Origin: Escherichia coli
GTDB taxonomy: Bacteria; Pseudomonadota; Gammaproteobacteria; Enterobacterales; Enterobacteriaceae
DNA: 64,000 nucleotides
Assembly: GCF_002854065.1 (NCBI RefSeq)
Contig: NZ_CP024147.1
Direction: 5' to 3' (one strand)
The first letter of the stretch is position 1. Each line of letters opens with the position of its first letter. Made by a program: the position numbers and the translations under genes. Positions 10,816 to 21,673 of the stretch are shown one piece after another. The notes beneath the pieces were generated by a model that saw only the letters and a list, made by a program, of their open reading frames with translations, searched no databases and had not been told where the DNA came from.

Positions 10816-11040
10816 CTATGCGACTGCCGCTTCTACTTCGACGGGCACAATAACACTGGCGTGATTGCCTTTTGGCCCCTGGTGGACATCAAACTGAACG
10901 GATTGTCCAGCTTTTAGCGTTCTGTAACCATCCATCTGAATGGTGGAATAATGAGCGAAAATATCTTCGCCGCCGCCTTCAGGGCAGATGAAACCAAACC
11001 CTTTGGCATTGTTGAACCACTTAACAGTACCCTTTTCCAT
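10816..11040 (-). CDS. cspD: cold-shock-domain protein CspD (stationary-phase replication inhibitor)
   Basis: MEKGTVKWFNNAKGFGFICPEGGGEDIFAHYSTIQMDGYRTLKAGQSVQFDVHQGPKGNHASVIVPVE (74 aa from the ATG at 11040). Confidence 0.92.
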   Translation of the reverse strand: MEKGTVKWFNNAKGFGFICPEGGGEDIFAHYSTIQMDGYRTLKAGQSVQFDVHQGPKGNHASVIVPVEVEAAVA

Positions 11041-11362
11041 GCTTCGACATCCTTCGCAAATCTTATACAAGTAAGATGGAATAAACCGGGGTCAGAGAGG
11101 GGGCTGTTCAAAACCTCGCCAACTCTAGAAATACAATTTAGAGAATTAGGGCGAGCCGTCAAGCATTTGACAGGGGACAAGGGGCAGGTATGAATCAAAA
11201 ATTTGAAGCAGTTAACGCTATTGACAGGAATGTGACAGATGTCGCTGATGCCAACGATAGATGATAGTTATCTATCATGTGGAGTAGATTGGTCAGGCAA
11301 ATAAGCTCTTGTCAGCGGCAGGGCGTTCTGCCGATAACCGTAACCGAAGATGATAACTGACA

Positions 11363-11683
11363 ATGGGTAAAACGAACGACTGGCTGGACTTTGATCAACT
11401 GGCGGAAGAAAAAGTTCGCGACGCGCTAAAACCGCCATCTATGTATAAAGTGATATTAGTCAATGATGATTACACTCCGATGGAGTTTGTTATTGACGTG
11501 TTACAAAAATTCTTTTCTTATGATGTAGAACGTGCAACGCAATTGATGCTCGCTGTTCACTACCAGGGGAAGGCCATTTGCGGAGTCTTTACCGCCGAGG
11601 TTGCAGAAACCAAAGTGGCGATGGTGAACAAGTACGCGAGGGAGAATGAGCATCCATTGCTGTGTACGCTAGAAAAAGCCTGA
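11363..11683 (+). CDS. clpS: ClpA adaptor ClpS
   Basis: 106 aa, [47 protein letters not shown]... Confidence 0.95.
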
Positions 11684-11713
11684 ATGCAGGCATAAAAATT
11701 GGGGGAGGTGCCT

Positions 11714-13990
11714 ATGCTCAATCAAGAACTGGAACTCAGTTTAAATATGGCTTTCGCCAGAGCGCGCGAGCACCGTCATGAGTTTATGACCGTCGAGCAC
11801 TTGTTACTGGCGCTGCTCAGTAACCCATCTGCCCGGGAGGCGCTGGAAGCGTGTTCTGTGGATTTGGTTGCGCTCCGTCAGGAACTGGAAGCCTTTATTG
11901 AACAAACCACACCCGTTCTGCCTGCCAGTGAAGAGGAGCGCGACACACAGCCGACGCTGAGTTTTCAGCGTGTACTGCAACGTGCGGTCTTCCATGTCCA
12001 GTCCTCCGGTCGCAATGAGGTTACCGGTGCAAACGTTCTGGTCGCTATCTTTAGCGAACAGGAGTCGCAGGCGGCATATCTGTTGCGTAAACATGAAGTC
12101 AGCCGTCTCGATGTGGTGAACTTTATCTCTCATGGCACGCGTAAAGACGAGCCGACACAGTCTTCTGATCCTGGCAGCCAGCCAAACAGCGAAGAACAAG
12201 CTGGTGGGGAGGAACGTATGGAGAATTTCACGACGAACCTGAATCAGCTTGCGCGCGTGGGCGGAATCGACCCACTGATTGGTCGTGAGAAGGAGCTTGA
12301 GCGTGCTATTCAGGTTCTCTGCCGTCGCCGTAAAAACAACCCGCTGCTGGTGGGGGAATCTGGTGTTGGTAAAACTGCGATTGCGGAAGGTCTTGCCTGG
12401 CGAATTGTTCAGGGCGATGTGCCGGAAGTGATGGCTGACTGTACAATTTACTCACTCGATATCGGTTCTCTGTTAGCGGGCACAAAATATCGCGGCGACT
12501 TTGAAAAACGTTTTAAAGCGTTGCTCAAGCAGCTGGAGCAGGACACTAACAGCATCCTGTTTATTGATGAGATCCACACCATTATCGGTGCGGGGGCAGC
12601 GTCTGGTGGTCAGGTCGATGCGGCTAACCTAATCAAACCGTTGCTCTCCAGCGGTAAAATTCGTGTAATTGGTTCGACAACCTATCAGGAGTTCAGCAAC
12701 ATTTTCGAGAAAGACCGTGCTCTGGCGCGTCGCTTCCAGAAAATTGATATTACTGAACCGTCGATCGAAGAAACTGTTCAAATCATCAATGGCCTGAAAC
12801 CGAAGTATGAAGCACACCACGACGTGCGTTATACCGCAAAAGCGGTGCGTGCGGCGGTAGAGCTGGCGGTGAAATACATTAACGATCGTCATCTGCCGGA
12901 TAAAGCCATTGATGTTATCGACGAAGCGGGCGCTCGCGCACGCCTGATGCCGGTAAGCAAACGCAAGAAAACCGTTAATGTGGCGGATATTGAGTCCGTG
13001 GTGGCCCGTATTGCACGCATTCCAGAGAAGAGTGTTTCTCAGAGTGATCGTGATACCCTGAAAAACCTCGGCGATCGCCTGAAAATGCTGGTCTTCGGTC
13101 AGGATAAAGCCATTGAGGCGCTGACTGAAGCCATTAAGATGGCGCGTGCAGGTTTAGGTCACGAACATAAACCGGTCGGTTCGTTCCTGTTTGCCGGTCC
13201 TACCGGGGTCGGGAAAACAGAGGTGACGGTACAGCTTTCGAAAGCTTTGGGCATTGAGCTTCTGCGCTTTGATATGTCCGAGTATATGGAACGCCATACC
13301 GTCAGCCGTCTGATTGGTGCGCCTCCGGGATACGTTGGTTTTGATCAGGGCGGTTTGCTGACTGATGCGGTCATCAAGCATCCACATGCGGTGCTGCTGC
13401 TGGACGAAATCGAGAAAGCGCATCCGGACGTGTTCAATATTCTGTTGCAGGTGATGGACAACGGTACGCTGACCGATAACAACGGACGCAAAGCGGACTT
13501 CCGTAACGTGGTGCTGGTGATGACCACTAACGCCGGGGTACGGGAAACTGAGCGCAAATCCATTGGTCTTATCCACCAGGATAACAGCACCGATGCGATG
13601 GAAGAGATCAAGAAGATCTTTACACCGGAATTCCGTAACCGTCTCGACAACATTATCTGGTTCGATCATCTGTCAACTGACGTGATCCATCAGGTGGTGG
13701 ATAAATTCATCGTCGAGTTGCAGGTTCAGCTGGATCAGAAAGGTGTTTCTCTGGAAGTGAGCCAGGAAGCGCGTAACTGGCTGGCCGAGAAAGGTTACGA
13801 CCGGGCAATGGGCGCACGTCCGATGGCGCGTGTCATCCAGGACAACCTGAAAAAACCGCTTGCCAACGAACTGCTGTTTGGTTCGCTGGTGGACGGCGGT
13901 CAGGTCACCGTCGCGCTGGATAAAGAGAAAAATGAGCTGACTTACGGATTCCAGAGTGCACAAAAGCACAAGGCGGAAGCAGCGCATTAA
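11714..13990 (+). CDS. clpA: ATP-dependent Clp protease ATPase subunit ClpA
   Basis: 758 aa from [19 protein letters not shown]; two AAA+ modules (GESGVGKT and GPTGVGKT Walker A motifs). Confidence 0.95.
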   Translation: MLNQELELSLNMAFARAREHRHEFMTVEHLLLALLSNPSAREALEACSVDLVALRQELEAFIEQTTPVLPASEEERDTQPTLSFQRVLQRAVFHVQSSGRNEVTGANVLVAIFSEQESQAAYLLRKHEVSRLDVVNFISHGTRKDEPTQSSDPGSQPNSEEQAGGEERMENFTTNLNQLARVGGIDPLIGREKELERAIQVLCRRRKNNPLLVGESGVGKTAIAEGLAWRIVQGDVPEVMADCTIYSLDIGSLLAGTKYRGDFEKRFKALLKQLEQDTNSILFIDEIHTIIGAGAASGGQVDAANLIKPLLSSGKIRVIGSTTYQEFSNIFEKDRALARRFQKIDITEPSIEETVQIINGLKPKYEAHHDVRYTAKAVRAAVELAVKYINDRHLPDKAIDVIDEAGARARLMPVSKRKKTVNVADIESVVARIARIPEKSVSQSDRDTLKNLGDRLKMLVFGQDKAIEALTEAIKMARAGLGHEHKPVGSFLFAGPTGVGKTEVTVQLSKALGIELLRFDMSEYMERHTVSRLIGAPPGYVGFDQGGLLTDAVIKHPHAVLLLDEIEKAHPDVFNILLQVMDNGTLTDNNGRKADFRNVVLVMTTNAGVRETERKSIGLIHQDNSTDAMEEIKKIFTPEFRNRLDNIIWFDHLSTDVIHQVVDKFIVELQVQLDQKGVSLEVSQEARNWLAEKGYDRAMGARPMARVIQDNLKKPLANELLFGSLVDGGQVTVALDKEKNELTYGFQSAQKHKAEAAH

Positions 13991-14013
13991 TCTGATTGTC
14001 AGGTAGGTTGGTG

Positions 14014-14052
14014 AAGTCCGTAATCTCGAAAGAGGTTACGGACTTTTTATTT
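14014..14052 (+). terminator. clpA rho-independent terminator
   Basis: AGTCCGTAATCTC-GAAA-GAGGTTACGGACT hairpin followed by TTTTTATTTAT. Confidence 0.7.
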
Positions 14053-14202
14053 ATGGGGTGGAGGAGGTTCAGACCCTTTTTTTGATGATGATGGTAACTT
14101 GTTGATAATTAGTGCTGCTGGAAGGTAAGGATAAAAAAGGGTGCTGCGGGAGAATGGGATGGTTTTGCTTTATTAACAACGGGCTAAACGTGTAGTATTT
14201 GA

Positions 14203-14290
14203 ATTCACTGCCGTACAGGCAGCTTAGAAAGTCAACCGAAAGAAAAACTCGATTTTTATACCGTTCACTGCTGTACAGGTAGATAAAATG
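14203..14290 (+). CRISPR. orphan type I-F CRISPR remnant (2 repeats, 1 spacer), no adjacent cas genes
   Basis: Repeat 1 ATTCACTGCCGTACAGGCAGCTTAGAAA (14203..14230), 32-bp spacer GTCAACCGAAAGAAAAACTCGATTTTTATACC (14231..14262), degenerate repeat 2 GTTCACTGCTGTACAGGTAGATAAAATG (14263..14290); repeat 1 matches the E. coli I-F repeat consensus as recalled. Confidence 0.8.
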
Positions 14291-14333
14291 CGAAAAAAAA
14301 GCTCGCACTTTCGTACGAGCTCTTCTTTAAATA

Positions 14334-14421
14334 TGGCGGTGAGGGGGGGATTCGAACCCCCGATACGTTGCCGTATACACACTTTCCAGGCGTGCTCCTT
14401 CAGCCACTCGGACACCTCACC
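14334..14421 (-). tRNA. serW: tRNA-Ser (GGA anticodon)
   Basis: Minus-strand sequence GGTGAGGTGTCCGAGTGGCTGAAGGAGCACGCCTGGAAAGTGTGTATACGGCAACGTATCGGGGGTTCGAATCCCCCCCTCACCGCCA: 88 nt, long variable arm, encoded CCA. Confidence 0.92.
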
Positions 14422-14603
14422 AAATTGTTTTGCTGCCAAACCTCATGGGTGGCAACGGGGCGCTACTATAGGGAGTTGGAGTAAAACGGTCAAGAAGAAT
14501 TTTAATGATAATTATTGTTTGCTCATACTGTAAACAACTTGTGCAGTATATCTACATCGAGACAAGTTATGGACTTATACTTCCAAAGTACTTCATACAT
14601 ATC

Positions 14604-14634
14604 ACAAAATAAAAAGGCCGGTTAAACCGACCTT
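14604..14634 (-). terminator. infA rho-independent terminator
   Basis: Minus-strand hairpin AGGTCGGTTTAACCGGCCT followed by TTTTTATTTTGT. Confidence 0.6.
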
Positions 14635-14674
14635 TTACTCGTTCTTTCTCTTCGCCCATCAGGCGGTAAAACAA

Positions 14675-14896
<222 letters not shown>

Positions 14897-15177
14897 ATCC
14901 TCTGGGGTATCACTACCGTAATTTGAACCGGCAAGATAATGCCGAAGTTCTGTAAATAAGTAAAGATTTGCGCGCTAAATCGCAACAAACAGGTTCGGCA
15001 CATTACTCCGAAAACACACGGCTAAGCCGCACCAAAAGCGCAACGTATAAGGGAGCGGTGAGATAAACGATGGGCGTTACCTGACGCGAAAAATTCCTTA
15101 TCGGCAGCGGGGTAATGAGCGTAACCAACTCTGCGACCGCAATTATAACACTCTGGGGAGAAATGTGCCGAAAACAT

Positions 15178-15882
15178 TCATTCTTGTGGTGAAAACAAGC
15201 ATCGTGGTACCCAGAAATTATTCGGCAATCGTCCGAGGCGCATTTGATTGAGATAATTAAGGTAATCCCGGCGGGGAATTTCGCAGGCACCAAGCGATGC
15301 TGTGTGATCGTTAAGGACCTGGCAGTCGATAAGCTTACCGCCATGACCGATAAATTCCTCACAGAATACCAGAAGCGCCGTTTTAGACGCATTTTCCATC
15401 CGGCTGAACATGGACTCGCCACAAAATAGCGTTCCCTGGGCCACGCCGTACATACCGCCGACAAGCTCATCTTCACGCCAGACTTCAATGGAGTGGGCAT
15501 GACCGAGTTCGTGAATGCGATGGTAGGCTTCGACCACGCCACGCGTGATCCAGGTTCCTTCTTCGCGATCGCTGGCACAGCCTTCAATGACCTGACCAAA
15601 AGCGTAATTCATCGTGACACGATAGGGCGAGCGTTTATGAAATCGCTTCATACTACGGCTGATATGCAGTGATTCTGGCCATAGCACCGCGCGAGGATCG
15701 GGCGACCACCAGAGGATGGGGTCGCCTGGAGAAAACCACGGAAAAATACCACGCTGGTAAGCCATTAACAGGCGCGCAGGGCTAAGATCGCCCCCAAGTG
15801 CCAGCAGGCCGTTAGGCTCACGTAATGCGCCTTCCGGGGAAGGGAAGGCTATTGAATGGCGAGAAAGCTGAACCAGGCGCAT
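15178..15882 (-). CDS. aat: leucyl/phenylalanyl-tRNA--protein transferase
   Basis: 234 aa, [50 protein letters not shown]... Confidence 0.92.
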   Translation of the reverse strand: MRLVQLSRHSIAFPSPEGALREPNGLLALGGDLSPARLLMAYQRGIFPWFSPGDPILWWSPDPRAVLWPESLHISRSMKRFHKRSPYRVTMNYAFGQVIEGCASDREEGTWITRGVVEAYHRIHELGHAHSIEVWREDELVGGMYGVAQGTLFCGESMFSRMENASKTALLVFCEEFIGHGGKLIDCQVLNDHTASLGACEIPRRDYLNYLNQMRLGRLPNNFWVPRCLFSPQE

Positions 15883-15923
15883 GACCGCAAAACTCCACGC
15901 AAGTCGGATCGTTCAATAATAGC

Positions 15924-17645
15924 TTACAAACCCTGCTTGAACTGGTAATAACGCCCCTGTCTGGCAAGCAGTTCTGCGTGAGTACCTTGCTCAATAATTT
16001 GCCCGTTGTCCATCACTATTATTTGCTGGAAACGAGAGAGTCCGCGAAGTCGATGGGTGACCATTAACACCGTTTTCTCATGCATCATTTCTGCAAGCAA
16101 TTCAAGGATCTGACTTTCGGTTGTGGCATCTAAGCCTTCTGTAGGTTCATCCAGCAACACCAGTGGCGCATCATGTAACAGCGCACGGGCGATAGCCAGG
16201 CGGCGCAGTTCACCACCGGAGAGCTGGCGTCCGCCTTCACCTAACCAACTGTTGAGACCTGCATCCTCGAGCAGCTTCTCCAGACCAACGCGACGCAAGA
16301 TCTCCGACAGAGTCTCATCACTACTGCCAGGCGAGGCGAGTAACAGATTATCACGCAGCGTGGCGCTAAACAGATGCACTCGCTGAGGAACAACGCTGAT
16401 GGTCTGTCGTAGAGCCGCTTCATTCAGGCTTGCTATGGGGCTATCGTTAAGCAAAATCTCGCCCTGTTGCGGGTCCCATGCGCGGGTCAGCAGTTGTAAC
16501 AGTGTTGATTTGCCGCATCCGGTTCGCCCGAGAATCGCTATATGTTCCCCGGCGTTTACCTGAAGAGAAATCCCTTTAAGTGCCTGTTGAGATTGCTCCG
16601 GATAAGTGAACTGAACATCCCGTAACGTCAGCGAAACGCGATCGGCAACACGAGTTTGGGTATCAGGGAAGGTGACCTCCGGTTTTTGATCCGTTAAATC
16701 AGTGATCCGAACGGCAGAGGCAATGACTTGCCCCAGATGCTGAAATGCACCCGTTACTGGTGCCAGTGCTTCAAACGCGGCTAACGCGCAAAAGACAAAC
16801 AGGGCAATTAACGCGCCGGGTTGAGCATTGCCGCCAACGCCGCCAGACGCCATCCACAGCATCAGGATCACCGCTAACGCGCCAATGAGCAGCATTATCG
16901 CTTGCGACAATGCGGTCAGTTCAGATTGACGGCGTTGCGCTTCCAGCCATTGAATTTCTGTATTCTCTAGTTGCGTGCGATAACGATCGCTGGCACCAAA
17001 AATGGTCAGCTCAGCTTGCCCTTGCAGCCAGGCCGTCAGTTGTTGGCGATACTGTCCGCGAAGATGAGTCAGATTTTGCCCGGTGCTTTTTCCCGCACGA
17101 TAAAACAGCGGTGGCATCAGGAAAAGCGTCAGTAACATAATGCCGCCCAGCGTAAAGGCGAGGGTGAAATCAAGGAAACTTAACCCGATTGTCACCACCA
17201 TAATCACCACAAAAGCGCCCACCAGCGGCGAGATAACGCGCAGGTAAAGATGATCGAGCGTATCAACATCCGCCACCACGCGGTTGAGCAATTCGCCCTG
17301 ACGATAGCGCGCCAGTCCGGCAGGGGAGAGGGGCAACAATTTGCTGAAGGTGTAAATGCGCAGATGCTGCAACACGCGGAAAGTCGCGTCGTGACTTACC
17401 AGACGTTCAAAATAACGCCCGGCAGTACGGGTGATTGCGGCACCACGCACGCCCGCAGCGGGTAGCATATAGTTGAAGCTGTACAGTCCGGCAACCCCCG
17501 CAACCGCTGAGGCCGAGAGGAACCAGCCGGAAAGTGTCAACAGACCGATACTGGCGAGCAGCGTCGCAATTGCCAGCACAATACCAAGACTTAACATCCA
17601 TTTATGACGTTTATACAGTGCCAGATAGGGTAGCAAAGCGCGCAT
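15924..17645 (-). CDS. cydC: cysteine/glutathione ABC exporter subunit CydC
   Basis: 573 aa; N-terminal six-TM domain and C-terminal ABC ATPase (GRTGCGKST, LSGGELRRLAIARALL, LLDEPTEGLD). Confidence 0.92.
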   Translation of the reverse strand: MRALLPYLALYKRHKWMLSLGIVLAIATLLASIGLLTLSGWFLSASAVAGVAGLYSFNYMLPAAGVRGAAITRTAGRYFERLVSHDATFRVLQHLRIYTFSKLLPLSPAGLARYRQGELLNRVVADVDTLDHLYLRVISPLVGAFVVIMVVTIGLSFLDFTLAFTLGGIMLLTLFLMPPLFYRAGKSTGQNLTHLRGQYRQQLTAWLQGQAELTIFGASDRYRTQLENTEIQWLEAQRRQSELTALSQAIMLLIGALAVILMLWMASGGVGGNAQPGALIALFVFCALAAFEALAPVTGAFQHLGQVIASAVRITDLTDQKPEVTFPDTQTRVADRVSLTLRDVQFTYPEQSQQALKGISLQVNAGEHIAILGRTGCGKSTLLQLLTRAWDPQQGEILLNDSPIASLNEAALRQTISVVPQRVHLFSATLRDNLLLASPGSSDETLSEILRRVGLEKLLEDAGLNSWLGEGGRQLSGGELRRLAIARALLHDAPLVLLDEPTEGLDATTESQILELLAEMMHEKTVLMVTHRLRGLSRFQQIIVMDNGQIIEQGTHAELLARQGRYYQFKQGL

Positions 17646-19412
17646 TTAAATCTCCTCCTGACGATGGGCCAGTAATGTGGCGAATGGGCCACCAGCCACA
17701 CTTAATTCCGCGTAACGTCCTTGCTCAATAATCCGGCCATCCTGCATAACCCAAATGACATCCCAGTCAGCAAGATCTTCTAACTGGTGGGTGACCATTA
17801 ACGTTGTCTGGCGCAGAGAGGCGGCATTCAGCGCCTCCATTACGCGCTGTTCACTGTGAGCATCAAGGCTGGCAGCGGGTTCATCCAACAGTAATAGCGA
17901 ACAGGGATTTAGTAACGCACGGGCCACCGCCACGCGCTGCGCCTGCCCCACGGAAAGGCGGGCAGCCTGGTCGCCAACAGGCGTATCAACGCCTTGTGGC
18001 AGGAGCGGTAGAAACTCGCTGACCCAGGCGTTATCCAGCGCTGCTTGTAATTCTTGTTCGCTGGCATCAGGTCGCGCCAGTAGTACGTTATCCCGTAATG
18101 CTGCTGCCGGTAATTGTGGGTTTTGCCCAACCCAGGAGAGATGTTTACGCCATGATTCTGGTGATAAATCGCGTAATTCTATCCCGTTGATTCGTAATGA
18201 TCCCTGATATGAGAGAAAACCAGAAAGCGCGTTCAGCAGTGAGCTTTTACCTGAACCGCTGCGACCAACCAACACTGCACGTTGGCCTGCTGGCAAAGTA
18301 AAGTTCAGCGGTCCGGCCAGCGTTTTACCTTCCGGCGACGTGATAAACAGATCCTCGGCCTCAATGGTCACCGGATCGGTCGATGCTAATTCCGCCTCAC
18401 CGCGCTGCGGATGGGCGAGCGGGGTTTCCATAAACGTTTTCAGACTGTCAGCTGCACCAACAGCCTGGGCTTTAGCATGATAAAACGTACCGAGATCGCG
18501 CAATGGCTGGAAAAACTCTGGCGCAAGGATCAGGGCCAGAAAACCCGCAGCCAGCGTCACACCGGTATCGTAGTGACCAAAATCCAGCTCGCCGAGATAG
18601 GAAAAACCAAAGTAGACCGCCACCAGAGCAATTGACAGCGAGGTAAAAAATTCGAGAATGCCGGAGGATAAAAACGCCAGCCGTAGCACTTCCATTGTCC
18701 GTTGGCGGAAATCTTCCGAAGCAGAACGAATACTTTCAATTTCAGCTTCACCACGACCAAAAATACGCAATGTTTCCATGCCGCGCAGGCGATCGAGGAA
18801 ATGCCCACTTAAGCGAGCAAGAGCGAGAAAGTTACGTCGGTTAGCATCGGCAGCCCCCATCCCAACCAGCGCCATAAACAACGGAATTAACGGTGCAGTG
18901 CCCAGCAGAATGAGCGCCGCAGCCCAGTTAGAGGGGAAGATCGCCACCACAATCAGCAACGGCACCGACACTGCCAGCGCCATTTGCGGCAGGTAGCGTG
19001 CATAGTAATCATGCATATCGTCAATTTGCTCGAGTACCAGCGTCGCCCAGCTCCCCGCAGGTTTACCCTGAATCCACGCTGGCCCTGCTTGTTGCAGACG
19101 GTCGAGAACCTGACGGCGGATGGCAAAGCGGATATGCTGCCCGGCGTGATAACCCACCCGTTCGCGTAACCAGACCACCCATGCGCGCAGTACAAAGGTC
19201 AGAACCAGTAACGTAAAGGGAAGCAGCAGGGCTTCACGGGGAATATTCTCCATAATCATATGTTGCAGAATTCGCGCCATGAACCATGCCTGGGCAATGA
19301 TCAATATGCCGCTCACAAAGCCCAGCAGACGAGAAATATTCAGCCAACGTTGGGAGATGACGCTTTGCTGTTTTAACCAGCGGGTTAACTCTTTTTGACG
19401 AGATTTATTCAT
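17646..19412 (-). CDS. cydD: cysteine/glutathione ABC exporter subunit CydD
   Basis: 588 aa; ABC exporter ([35 protein letters not shown]); lies directly upstream of cydC with no gap. Confidence 0.92.
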   Translation of the reverse strand: MNKSRQKELTRWLKQQSVISQRWLNISRLLGFVSGILIIAQAWFMARILQHMIMENIPREALLLPFTLLVLTFVLRAWVVWLRERVGYHAGQHIRFAIRRQVLDRLQQAGPAWIQGKPAGSWATLVLEQIDDMHDYYARYLPQMALAVSVPLLIVVAIFPSNWAAALILLGTAPLIPLFMALVGMGAADANRRNFLALARLSGHFLDRLRGMETLRIFGRGEAEIESIRSASEDFRQRTMEVLRLAFLSSGILEFFTSLSIALVAVYFGFSYLGELDFGHYDTGVTLAAGFLALILAPEFFQPLRDLGTFYHAKAQAVGAADSLKTFMETPLAHPQRGEAELASTDPVTIEAEDLFITSPEGKTLAGPLNFTLPAGQRAVLVGRSGSGKSSLLNALSGFLSYQGSLRINGIELRDLSPESWRKHLSWVGQNPQLPAAALRDNVLLARPDASEQELQAALDNAWVSEFLPLLPQGVDTPVGDQAARLSVGQAQRVAVARALLNPCSLLLLDEPAASLDAHSEQRVMEALNAASLRQTTLMVTHQLEDLADWDVIWVMQDGRIIEQGRYAELSVAGGPFATLLAHRQEEI

Positions 19413-19468
19413 TGCACGCTTAGCAGGTGAGTTATCAGAATTATTTGCAGAGCAATGTTACAACGGGG

Positions 19469-19507
19469 AAAAAATAAAGGCGACCCATAGTCGCATGGTG
19501 TCGCCTT
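19469..19507 (-). terminator. trxB rho-independent terminator
   Basis: Inverted repeat AAGGCGACCCAT...ATGGTGTCGCCTT, followed on the minus strand by TTTATTTTTTCCCC. Confidence 0.6.
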
Positions 19508-19534
19508 CTTTACTTTTGTTACTGATTTGTAAAA

Positions 19535-20617
<1,083 letters not shown>

Positions 20618-21044
20618 TCAAATTCTCCCGTCATTATCACCTCTGCTACTTAAATTTCCCGCTTTATAAGCCGATTAAATGATGAATAAACGCCCCTGGT
20701 AATGAATATCTGGCATGTTGTACTAAAAATCGATGTTTTGCTTTGACAATCCCCTGGTGTTTTGCGAAAACATTCGAGGAAGAAAAAAAACAGTATTCTT
20801 ATATGCGCATAACCATGCATGTAAATACCATGTTTACCGTGCTAGTGAAATCTACGTATGGCGTGGACAGACGCCATTCGTGATGTCGATAGCTGCCACA
20901 AGGCAACGGTCTTCTCACCGTAGACCCAGGCATTGCGCGCCGTGAATCTTCATGATTTCGGTCTATCGTGACGGGTAGCGACTCTGAACAGTGATGTTTC
21001 AGGGTCAGACAGGAGTAGGGAAGGAATACAGAGAGACAATAATA

Positions 21045-21539
21045 ATGGTAGATAGCAAGAAGCGCCCTGGCAAAGATCTCGACCGTATCGATCGTAACAT
21101 TCTTAATGAGTTGCAAAAGGATGGGCGTATTTCTAACGTCGAGCTTTCTAAACGTGTGGGACTTTCCCCAACGCCGTGCCTTGAGCGTGTGCGTCGGCTG
21201 GAAAGACAAGGGTTTATTCAGGGCTATACGGCGCTGCTGAACCCCCATTATCTGGATGCATCACTTCTGGTATTCGTTGAGATTACTCTGAATCGTGGCG
21301 CACCGGATGTGTTTGAACAATTCAATACCGCTGTACAAAAACTTGAAGAAATTCAGGAGTGTCATTTAGTATCCGGTGATTTCGACTACCTGTTGAAAAC
21401 ACGCGTGCCGGATATGTCAGCTTACCGTAAGTTGCTGGGGGAAACCCTGCTGCGTCTGCCTGGCGTCAATGACACACGGACATACGTTGTTATGGAAGAA
21501 GTCAAGCAGAGTAATCGTCTGGTTATTAAGACGCGCTAA
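21045..21539 (+). CDS. lrp: leucine-responsive regulatory protein (Lrp/AsnC family)
   Basis: 164 aa from MVDSKKRPGKDLDRIDRNILNELQKDGRISNVELSKRVGLSPTPCLERVRRLERQGFIQGY...; preceded by a long leader. Confidence 0.95.
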   Translation: MVDSKKRPGKDLDRIDRNILNELQKDGRISNVELSKRVGLSPTPCLERVRRLERQGFIQGYTALLNPHYLDASLLVFVEITLNRGAPDVFEQFNTAVQKLEEIQECHLVSGDFDYLLKTRVPDMSAYRKLLGETLLRLPGVNDTRTYVVMEEVKQSNRLVIKTR

Positions 21540-21673
21540 CACGGAACAGGTGCAAAATCGGCGTATTTTGATTACACTCCTGTTAATCCATACAGCAACA
21601 GTACTGGGGTAACCTGGTACTGTTGTCCGTTTTAGCATCGGGCAGGAAAAGCCTGTAACCTGGAGAGCCTTTC

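Noticed and set aside
14053-14202. Possibility of cas genes or a larger CRISPR array upstream of the I-F repeats
   Set aside because: Only about 150 bp of non-coding DNA separate the clpA terminator from the first repeat, and no ORF or further repeats are present.
14224-14533. Small ORFs (71–81 aa) overlapping the CRISPR remnant and the tRNA-Ser gene
   Set aside because: These sequences are explained by the CRISPR repeats and the tRNA; the apparent ORFs are incidental.
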